Position numbers and translations under genes: made by a program
Shown: piece by piece, positions 1-6,937 of the stretch
Layout of the letters: each line of letters opens with the position of its first letter
How positions within the stretch are numbered: position 1 is the first letter of the stretch
Notes under the pieces: model-generated
What the model saw: only the letters and a program-made list of their open reading frames with translations
Database searches by the model: none
Told to the model about the DNA's origin: nothing
From: Candidatus Aminicenantes bacterium
Lineage (GTDB): Bacteria; Acidobacteriota; Aminicenantia; Aminicenantales; Aminicenantaceae
NCBI GenBank assembly: GCA_020348385.1
Contig: CP070750.1
Span: 942,645 to 958,520 of the forward strand
DNA: 15,876 nt
Direction: 5' to 3'

Positions 1-374
1 GAAGCAAATTTTTGATAAATCGCAATGGCCACAGCAGTTATATGTCTTGGTTCTGGAAAACCACAATTTATGATGGGAATGAAACGTTTATTTCCTAAGT
101 TTTTTAGGCGAGCGGCAATTGCTTCCATTGCCCGAGTTACGATATACGGCTGACAATCATCATACAGAGGGGCTGTGAGGATAATGATATCTGCACGATC
201 GACGGCATCGAGCATCTGAGATCGTTTTTCATCATCGGATAGTTGCCTGTTGATCCAAAGAGTTTCCGTTTCCAGTCCTCTCTTGTCTAGAATATTGAGC
301 AGATAACTGCCCACACTCGTGGAGTTGCTCTTCTTTCCCCGTGGGCTTCCGACCAGCAATAGCACGCGGGTCAT
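1..374 (-). CDS. NAD(P)H-dependent FMN reductase-like flavodoxin-fold protein (N-terminal ~124 aa; gene runs off the window start)
   Basis: Minus-strand frame is open from ATG at 374-372 to position 1. The translation MTRVLLLVGSPRGKKSNSTSVGSYLLNILDKRGLETETLWIN...ADIIILTAPLYDD has the LxGSPRxxS N-terminus of flavodoxin-like FMN reductases. The ATG overlaps the stop of the upstream gene (tcat at 371-374 = ATGA), suggesting translational coupling. It is absent from the ORF track because it is truncated by the window edge. Confidence 0.7.
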   Translation of the reverse strand, partial: MTRVLLLVGSPRGKKSNSTSVGSYLLNILDKRGLETETLWINRQLSDDEKRSQMLDAVDRADIIILTAPLYDDCQPYIVTRAMEAIAARLKNLGNKRFIPIINCGFPEPRHITAVAIAIYQKFA

Positions 375-946
375 TTGTTCAACTCCATTTCAACGATAAT
401 TTGCTTTATCTCCTCTCGAATTTTCCACTCTTCCTCCCCGGCAAGAAACACTTCCGCTCTGTGTTTGGGTGGATAGAAATTGAAGCTGTGCCGTTCGATC
501 AAAGTGTTGAATATCTGCTTTTCATCGTCGTCTTGGTTTTTTGTTACCCCAATTGCAAGAAGCGAGGGATAACATTCGTATCTTTTGAGGTGGTGTGTTT
601 CACCTTTGATGATTGTCATTCCTGGTTGCAAAAGACCAAGCATGCGTTCGATGATCTTTTTCAGCTCTGAGGAATACCCCCCGAATGTGAGTGGGGTCAT
701 AAAGATAACCAAGTCACTCTGAATAATCTTTCGCACAACGTCTTGAGCCTCGTCCTTTTGGATACAAAGGCCTGGAGTTGTATCCCAACACTTGAAGCAT
801 CCGATGCAACTTCTGGCTTCGACTTCATTGAGCAGGATAGGTTCTGTACTCCATCCGGCACTCCCCAGCTCTTCTTCCAATATTTTTTGTATCGGGATTA
901 AATGATGTTGATGTTTTAAACTTCCGTTTAAAATGATCGCGTACAA
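371..946 (-). CDS. iron-sulfur flavoprotein (Isf-like, flavodoxin fold with a compact 4-Cys cluster)
   Basis: 191 aa with an N-terminal IILNGS beta-strand typical of the flavodoxin fold. CIGCFKCWDTTPGLC is a C-x2-C-x2-C-x7-C motif like the [4Fe-4S] site of Isf proteins. The only possible in-frame start is TTG at 946-944, because an in-frame stop lies at 971-973. A GGAG sits 8 nt upstream of it. Confidence 0.75.
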   Translation of the reverse strand: MYAIILNGSLKHQHHLIPIQKILEEELGSAGWSTEPILLNEVEARSCIGCFKCWDTTPGLCIQKDEAQDVVRKIIQSDLVIFMTPLTFGGYSSELKKIIERMLGLLQPGMTIIKGETHHLKRYECYPSLLAIGVTKNQDDDEKQIFNTLIERHSFNFYPPKHRAEVFLAGEEEWKIREEIKQIIVEMELNK

Positions 947-982
947 GCAATCTTCTCCGTGTTTTGGACGTTAAAGAACTTG

Positions 983-1012
983 TTTATATCATGCACTGGA
1001 GATTTGGGTCAA
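983..1012 (-). promoter_or_regulatory. putative sigma70-type promoter for the Isf / FMN-reductase pair
   Basis: Minus strand reads TTGACC (1012-1007), an 18-nt spacer, then TGaTATAAA as an extended -10 (991-983). It lies in the 96-bp gap between the SPFH stop (1043) and the Isf start (946). Confidence 0.3.
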
Positions 1013-1042
1013 CAGGAAATCAGCATGCTTTAGGATAGTGTT

Positions 1043-2206
1043 TTATTCTGTGATGTCCTCGCTTGCTTTTTTTTCTTCCGTATCCATGGCCGGATCCATA
1101 ACTTTGCCCTCGGTTGGCTTTTTATCTTCAGCTCCGGCTCGGCTTTCGCCCAGGATACGGTCAAAGGCAGTCAGGCCACCAAGGGCACCGAGACCCATTG
1201 TCTCGACTGCCGTGCTGGGAACAATAATCATGGACCCCTTCTGTTTGAGACCTTCAAATACCATGTTCATAGCTCTTAGGTGGAGGGCAGCTGGGTTATC
1301 CTTGTAGTGGACTGAGGCATCTGAAAATTTCTCGGCAATCTCAGTTTCGGCTTTGCTCAGGATGATGCGGGATTGGCGTTCGCGCTCGGCCTGGGCTTTT
1401 CGGCTCATGGCATCCTCCAACGCTTTGGGGATGATGATATCCCTGATCTCAACTGACTGAACCGTGATTCCCCAGGCATTCGTCTTGGCGTCCAGCACCT
1501 GCTGGATTTCTCCCCCCAGCTTGTCTCTGTGAGAAAGCATGTCACCGAGCTCATGCTTCCCGATAGCATCCCGCAGACCTGTCTGGGCAGAGAGAGATAC
1601 CGCATCCTTGAAATTCTCCACTTCCAGCACACTCTTCTCAGCGTCCCAGACCATCCAGAAGGCAATGGCATCGACATTTACCGGGACTGTGTCTTTGGTA
1701 AGAGTCGTTTCAGCCTTGAAGTCAGTGACTCGGATCCTCTGGTCCACGTAGTTAGCCACTTTGTCTATCACCGGAAGCAAGACGAAGAGGCCAGAACCAC
1801 GAAGGCCGCGGAACTTTCCAAAGCGTAGCATGACTGCTTTCTCCCACTGGTAGGCTATCTGAATACAGGGGGCAATAAGCCCTGCTGTCACAACCGAGAT
1901 CACCAGAATCCAGCTCTCTGGTCGATGGTTCAAATAAGCCCACAGTGCGGCCATGGTGGTGAAAACAAGTACCACCTCCCATATCTGAGAGACGCGGAAG
2001 AGTACTGACAAAACGAGAGCAATTCCCACCATAGTGATCACCACCTGCAGTCGGAACGGAAACACAGATAAATGGATTAAAAGTCCGAGAAGAAAGAGAG
2101 CCACAAGGATCATGATGTTTAGCGGGCCGAAACGGAAATCGGCATGAAAGCTTGTGGCAAAGCGCTCCAGAGCACCAAGTTTGTTACTACCTAATGATTT
2201 TTTCAT
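1043..2206 (-). CDS. SPFH/band-7 (stomatin/HflKC-like) domain protein with an unusual ~120-aa four-TM N-terminal extension
   Basis: 387 aa. Residues ~125-330 carry SPFH hallmarks: MLRFGKFRGL...VDAIAFWMVWDAEKSV...AQTGLRDAIGKHELGDMLSHRDKLGGEI...ITVQSVEIRDIIIPKALEDAMSRKAQAERERQSRIILSKAETEIAEKF. Ahead of that are four hydrophobic helices, then an acidic C-tail. AAGGAG lies 6 nt before the ATG, and only 14 nt separate it from the gntR stop. Confidence 0.85.
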   Translation of the reverse strand: MKKSLGSNKLGALERFATSFHADFRFGPLNIMILVALFLLGLLIHLSVFPFRLQVVITMVGIALVLSVLFRVSQIWEVVLVFTTMAALWAYLNHRPESWILVISVVTAGLIAPCIQIAYQWEKAVMLRFGKFRGLRGSGLFVLLPVIDKVANYVDQRIRVTDFKAETTLTKDTVPVNVDAIAFWMVWDAEKSVLEVENFKDAVSLSAQTGLRDAIGKHELGDMLSHRDKLGGEIQQVLDAKTNAWGITVQSVEIRDIIIPKALEDAMSRKAQAERERQSRIILSKAETEIAEKFSDASVHYKDNPAALHLRAMNMVFEGLKQKGSMIIVPSTAVETMGLGALGGLTAFDRILGESRAGAEDKKPTEGKVMDPAMDTEEKKASEDITE

Positions 2207-2220
2207 TTTTTTCTCCTTTC

Positions 2221-2598
2221 TCAGCGGTTTTTCCGCTGTTTGAGATTTTTCATAATGTCATCGAGGGTGAATCCATAGGAGGAGGCCCTCGAAATTAACT
2301 CCTGGCAGATCTGATCAAGCATGCGTTGTCTCTCCACATCATCCTGTTTCACTTTTCTGTGGCTGACAAATGTGCCCGATCCCATTTGGGTCTCAACTAA
2401 TCCCGTGAGTTCCAGCTCAGTATAAGCCCGGCTTACTGTGTTCGGATTGATGGAAAGCTCTACAGCAAGCTGGCGCACCGTGGGGAGCTTATGACCCGCC
2501 TCCACGGCGCCGGTTGCGATGGCGGTTTTCACCTGATCGATGATCTGTCTGTAAAAGGGAATACCACTTTTCATGTCCAGCAGGAAACTCATAGTCAT
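2221..2598 (-). CDS. GntR-family transcriptional regulator, short YtrA-like subtype (wHTH only, ~125 aa)
   Basis: IPFYRQIIDQVKTAIATGAVEAGHKLPTVRQLAVELSINPNTVSRAYTELELTGLVETQMGSGTFV is a canonical GntR winged HTH. The protein is too short for a UTRA or FCD effector domain. GAGAGGAAG RBS lies 4 nt before the ATG at 2598. Confidence 0.85.
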   Translation of the reverse strand: MTMSFLLDMKSGIPFYRQIIDQVKTAIATGAVEAGHKLPTVRQLAVELSINPNTVSRAYTELELTGLVETQMGSGTFVSHRKVKQDDVERQRMLDQICQELISRASSYGFTLDDIMKNLKQRKNR

Positions 2599-2634
2599 TT
2601 TCTTCCTCTCATCTAAATAATGTCATAAAACAAT

Positions 2635-2666
2635 AATGTAATAATACATTAATACAAATTTGTCAA
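2635..2666 (-). promoter_or_regulatory. putative gntR-SPFH promoter with an embedded palindromic operator AATGTA-ATAA-TACATT
   Basis: Minus strand reads TTGACA (2666-2661), a 17-nt spacer, then TATTAC (2643-2638). A perfect 6-bp-arm inverted repeat AATGTA(2635-2640)-N4-TACATT(2645-2650) overlaps the spacer and -10, 37-52 nt upstream of the gntR ATG. Confidence 0.35.
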
Positions 2667-2740
2667 GTTTTTTTTCAAAAAAATAAGGGTTGAAAATAAA
2701 AATTTTCCCCCTGCTCCCACACTGCCAAACCACTTGGCGG

Positions 2741-5700
2741 TTAGAACTTAAATTCTTTGTACTTCACCTTATGGAATAGCGAATAAAGAACAGGGACGAC
2801 GCCTAGAGTGAGCATGGTTGAGAAAAGCAATCCAAAAATGATCGCTATCGCCATCGGTTTCCACATAGGGCCTCCTCCTAACCATAGAGGAAGAAGACCT
2901 CCGACTGTCGTTGCTGTCGTGAGGAGGATGGGTCTGAGGCGACGTTGAGATGCTTCGACGACTGCCCGGGCCGGTTCCCACCCGTGTTCTTTGATCTCAT
3001 ATTTTATGCGATCAAGAAGCACGATGGCGTTATTGACGACAATGCCGGCAAGGGAAACCACCCCAAGAAGCGTCATGAATCCAAAATAAGAATTCGCTAT
3101 GAGCAGTCCAAAAACAACGCCGATGATCCCTAGAGGTATAGTGGTCAGTACGATTATCGGAAGCCGTATGGAGTTGAACTGGAGGACCAGCAGCAGAATA
3201 ATGATTAAGAAGCCTATCGGCATCTTCTCTCCGATAGATGCATTGGCCTCGCCAGAACTTTCTATTTCGCCGCCTAATTCATATTTGTATCCGACGTCCC
3301 ATGCTTGGCTTTCCACCTTAAGCCATTTATCCAGTTCCTGGCTGAGCGCGATTGGAAGAGTCCCAGGTAGTACCTCGGATTGAACGGTAACCGTTTTTAA
3401 CCGGGAACGCCGAAGGATTTTTGACGGTTGCCATTGAATCTCCAGGTCGGCCACCTGTTTTAAAGGGACGTTTCTCCCTGTCATCTGAGCGTACACATTG
3501 ACTGTTTCCAGCTTTCCGATGTCCTGACGTTCGGCCCCCTCTGAACGCATGGTTACAGGGATGGTTTTGTCTTCTTCTCTAAACTGGGTAACTTCGATTC
3601 CTGTCAGAGCTGTTTGCAATGAAATGGCGATATCTCGGTTTGTCACACCCGCACGGCGGGCACGGGCTTGATTGATCTTCACCAGAATTTTTTTAGTCCT
3701 CTGCCCCCAATCGTCTCGGATATTCTTGGTGCCTGGTATTGTCCTAAGCTTTGCTTTTACACTATCAGCCAGCTCGAACACTTTACCCAGTTCTTTACCG
3801 GAGACCCGGATTTCTACAGCGGCTGTCGGAGGGCCGTATAGGAGAAGATCAAGGCGGGTACGGAGTTCAGGGAATTTATTCATACAATATTCCTCTGTTT
3901 TTGCGATCAGAGAATCGATGATGGTGTTGGATGTTGTGTTAATAAGCATGGTCGCGTATTCAGGTTTCGCCGGTACTGGGCTGTAGGCGATATAAAAGCG
4001 CGGCGCACCCGCTCCGATATAAGTGGACCAGTTAACGATGCCCTCAGGACGATCGGGCCCGGCAGCCAGCTCGCGCTGCATGAACGCTTCGATGTCTTTG
4101 ACCACAGCTTCCATTTGATGGATGGGGGTTCCTTTGGGGAGTTCGAAATCCGCCGTGTAGATGGCTTTGTCATTCCTCGGAAAAAAGATGGCAGGGATGA
4201 ACATGAAACCCTGCATAGCAATGAAGAAAATGAAAACCACAGCGATTATTGATTTGACGGGATGGCGCAGCAACCGGAGTAAAAAATGTCGGTACCGCAC
4301 ATAAAAATTTGAGTCGTAATGCTCTTCTTTCTTTTTGACCTTTACAAAATACACACAAAACAGAGGGGTAATGGCCTCGGATAAGAACCAGGAACACAGT
4401 AGGGTAATGGTGACCACTTTGAACAGCGGTCCTATGTATTCACCCATGTTCGATTCTGCCAGATAAAAGGGAAGGAAGGCCGCAGCCGTGGTGAGAGACC
4501 CGATCAACAGGGGAACACGGAGTTCTGTCGCCGAACTGATGGCTGCTTCTTTTGCCGGTACTCCGGCTTTGATCTGGACCATTATCGATTCTGACATCAC
4601 GATCGCGTTATCTACCAGTAATCCCAGGGCTATGATAAGGGCAACTAGGGACATCTGATCGAGGCCAATGTTGAGGAAAGACATGATCAAGAGGCTCATG
4701 ATCATGGTCATCGGGACCAGGGATGCTACGACCAAACCTGTGCGAATCCCTAGGGTCAGAAGCATAACCAGAATGACAATGGCGATGGCTTGGAAGAGAT
4801 TGTTTGTGAAATTACTCACAGCGCGATCGACATGCTCCGGTTGGAATGCCACGGTATCGAATTCGATCCCTATGGGATACAGGCTTTGCAATCGACTCAT
4901 CAGCTCACTGACCTCTTCCCCGAGAACGATGATATTTCCTTTTTCTCGCAAATTGATGGCCAGAGCCAGTGCGGGTATTCCCGAGGAATGGACGATGGAC
5001 TGTGGAGGATCGATATATCCTCTGTAAACTTCGGCAAGATCCTCGACATAGATCAAATCTGTTCTTCCCGGAATGCTGATCAGAGTATGCTTCAAATCCT
5101 CGACCGATTCAAAACTGCCTGTCGGCTCCAGCACGATCTTTTCTTTTCCAGTGCTGACATCTCCCCCAGGGATGACAATGTTCTGGCTCTGCAATATGTT
5201 GATGAGCTGGGAGGCTGAAAGTCCCACTTCAGCCAGGCGGGCATCGTTGTATTCAACGAATATCCGTTCATCCTGTGCCCCGTGGATCTCGACTTTGGCA
5301 ACATCATCGATGAGCAGCATCTCATTTCGCACTTCATCAGCCACTTCTTTCAGCTGCGCATACGAGAATCCTTCCCCGGTGATCGTTATGATCGTGCCGA
5401 AAATATCGCCGAATTCGTCATTAACGAAAGGTCCGATCACACCCTCTGGCAGTTCTCCTTCGGCCTTTTCCACCTTCCGCCTCAGGCTATCCCAGATAGG
5501 GCGCATCTTTTTATAGCTTTGTTCGATGTTCACAAAAACGATTGAGACACCCGATCTGGATTCGCTGTTGATAAAATCAAGTTCCGGCATTTCCTGAATG
5601 GATTTCTCCAGCTTATCCGTGATCAGGGTTTCCACTCTTTCCGGGCTCGCTCCGGGAAAATAGGTCAACACCATGGCGGTACGGATAGTAAAGCCGGGAT

Positions 5701-5809
5701 CCTCGGCGCGGGGCATTCCTTGGAATGCCATGATACCGGCCAGGAGGGCAGCAAACAAAAGAACGAAAGTGACCCGGTTTTTTTCGATGGCGGTTTGTGT
5801 AATATTCAT
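2741..5809 (-). CDS. RND efflux transporter permease subunit (AcrB/HAE-type inner-membrane pump)
   Basis: About 1022 aa. Start refined to the internal ATG at 5809 (MNITQTAIEKNRVTFVLLFAALLAGIMAF is the typical RND N-terminus), preceded by GGAGAGGAAAG. The track's ATG at 5848 would overlap the adaptor gene by 23 nt and adds an atypical MVKRSSFRERKDP extension. The protein has two large periplasmic loops and twelve TM helices (e.g. NNAIVLLDRIKYE, GPMWKPMAIAIIFGLLFST). Confidence 0.9.
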   Translation of the reverse strand: MNITQTAIEKNRVTFVLLFAALLAGIMAFQGMPRAEDPGFTIRTAMVLTYFPGASPERVETLITDKLEKSIQEMPELDFINSESRSGVSIVFVNIEQSYKKMRPIWDSLRRKVEKAEGELPEGVIGPFVNDEFGDIFGTIITITGEGFSYAQLKEVADEVRNEMLLIDDVAKVEIHGAQDERIFVEYNDARLAEVGLSASQLINILQSQNIVIPGGDVSTGKEKIVLEPTGSFESVEDLKHTLISIPGRTDLIYVEDLAEVYRGYIDPPQSIVHSSGIPALALAINLREKGNIIVLGEEVSELMSRLQSLYPIGIEFDTVAFQPEHVDRAVSNFTNNLFQAIAIVILVMLLTLGIRTGLVVASLVPMTMIMSLLIMSFLNIGLDQMSLVALIIALGLLVDNAIVMSESIMVQIKAGVPAKEAAISSATELRVPLLIGSLTTAAAFLPFYLAESNMGEYIGPLFKVVTITLLCSWFLSEAITPLFCVYFVKVKKKEEHYDSNFYVRYRHFLLRLLRHPVKSIIAVVFIFFIAMQGFMFIPAIFFPRNDKAIYTADFELPKGTPIHQMEAVVKDIEAFMQRELAAGPDRPEGIVNWSTYIGAGAPRFYIAYSPVPAKPEYATMLINTTSNTIIDSLIAKTEEYCMNKFPELRTRLDLLLYGPPTAAVEIRVSGKELGKVFELADSVKAKLRTIPGTKNIRDDWGQRTKKILVKINQARARRAGVTNRDIAISLQTALTGIEVTQFREEDKTIPVTMRSEGAERQDIGKLETVNVYAQMTGRNVPLKQVADLEIQWQPSKILRRSRLKTVTVQSEVLPGTLPIALSQELDKWLKVESQAWDVGYKYELGGEIESSGEANASIGEKMPIGFLIIILLLVLQFNSIRLPIIVLTTIPLGIIGVVFGLLIANSYFGFMTLLGVVSLAGIVVNNAIVLLDRIKYEIKEHGWEPARAVVEASQRRLRPILLTTATTVGGLLPLWLGGGPMWKPMAIAIIFGLLFSTMLTLGVVPVLYSLFHKVKYKEFKF

Positions 5810-5825
5810 GGGATCTTTCCTCTCC

Positions 5826-6920
5826 CTAAAGCTTGACCTTTTGACCATCGGAAATATGGCTGATGCCGGCTGTTACGACCAGGTCCCCGTCTGCAAGGCC
5901 TTCAAATACCTCCAGTCCCTCTGCCGTCAACTCTCCGACATTGACCGGTTTACGTCTGATAATCCCGTAGCCTTCCTCCTCGGTGAGTCGTTCAACGATA
6001 AAAACAAACCGTCCTTCGCGATCTTCTCCTACTGCTTGAGAGGGGATGATGAACCTAACGCTCTCATCTTTCAGACTGAAGTGAAATTCAGCGGTCGCGA
6101 CCATCCCGGCACGGATATCCGGGTCCGGTTGACTCAGGAGTAAAGTGACTGGGAAAGTGGTAGCCATCCCAGTGGATTTAACGCCGATTTCGGAAACGGT
6201 TGCTTGGAATTCTTTATCGGGAACGGCATCAAATTTTACGGGAACATTTTTCTTTTCTTCTATAAGGGAGATTAAAATTTCTGGAATCGAGACTTTCACT
6301 TCGATGTGAGAACCCGATGTCAGCAGTATAATCGGCATGCCCACCTGAACGTTTTCGTTTACTTCAACATGAACCTCCGCAATCGCTCCGTTCAGCGGAG
6401 CTTTTATCTTTGTGTAATTCAACTGCATTTGAGCCAATTCCCGCATCTTTTCAAGTGTTTGAACGTTGGCGTTGGCCGCTTCGGATGCCATTCTGGCTGC
6501 ATCCAAATCGCTCAACGAAGTGCTCTTTTTCTCATAAAGCGTTCTTGTCCTTTCATAATTGACATCGGCATTTCGTGCCTGGGCTTTCCCCTGCAATAAT
6601 GCGGATTCGGCCTGCTGCAGTCTGAGTTCGTAATCGTTGGAGTCCAATTCGGCCAGGAGTTGGCCAGCTCTCACCCTGGACCCGACACGAACAGCAATAC
6701 CGCTTACCGTTCCCGGTACTTTGAAACTGAGATTCGATTCTGTGCCCGCCTGAGCCACGCCTGAAAATGTGCGAACATAACTCCCCTCTGCGGAAATAGC
6801 TTCTATGTATCGTACCGGCCGGATGATCTCCTGAATTTCTGCCTCCTCCTTGCAGGAAGAAAACAGCAAAACAGCTATTAAAATAGCAACACAAGGTTTA
6901 AGCAGATTGTTGACAGTCAT
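5826..6920 (-). CDS. RND efflux periplasmic adaptor (membrane-fusion protein, HlyD/AcrA family), probable lipoprotein
   Basis: 364 aa. Signal plus LLFSSC lipobox-like N-terminus, alpha-hairpin heptads (LELRLQQAESALLQGKAQARNADVNYERTRTLYEKK), and beta-barrel/MP domains. GGAGGA RBS. Sits 17 nt downstream of the outer-membrane factor and 16 nt upstream of the RND start. Confidence 0.9.
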   Translation of the reverse strand: MTVNNLLKPCVAILIAVLLFSSCKEEAEIQEIIRPVRYIEAISAEGSYVRTFSGVAQAGTESNLSFKVPGTVSGIAVRVGSRVRAGQLLAELDSNDYELRLQQAESALLQGKAQARNADVNYERTRTLYEKKSTSLSDLDAARMASEAANANVQTLEKMRELAQMQLNYTKIKAPLNGAIAEVHVEVNENVQVGMPIILLTSGSHIEVKVSIPEILISLIEEKKNVPVKFDAVPDKEFQATVSEIGVKSTGMATTFPVTLLLSQPDPDIRAGMVATAEFHFSLKDESVRFIIPSQAVGEDREGRFVFIVERLTEEEGYGIIRRKPVNVGELTAEGLEVFEGLADGDLVVTAGISHISDGQKVKL

Positions 6921-6937
6921 GATATCCTCCGATGTTT

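Noticed and set aside
341-670. 109-aa plus-strand ORF, with similar antisense ORFs at 1038-1307, 1529-1828, 4790-5218, 5073-5516, 5673-6143, 8460-8813, 9337-9846, 11191-11514 and 13593-13922
   Set aside because: All lie entirely inside, and antisense to or out of frame with, long ORFs that have clear family signatures. They have odd compositions (Arg/His/Ser-rich), no RBS and no recognisable motifs, so they are shadow ORFs.
2722-2740. Hairpin GCCAA-accac-TTGGC after the RND stop as a terminator
   Set aside because: The stem is only 5-7 bp and the T-run on the transcribed (minus) strand starts about 20 nt away. It is not a convincing intrinsic terminator.
5810-5848. Track start of the RND gene at 5848 (MVKRSSFRERKDP...)
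   Set aside because: It would overlap the adaptor gene by 23 nt. The internal ATG at 5809 has a GGAGAGG RBS and gives the canonical RND N-terminus MNITQTAIEK.
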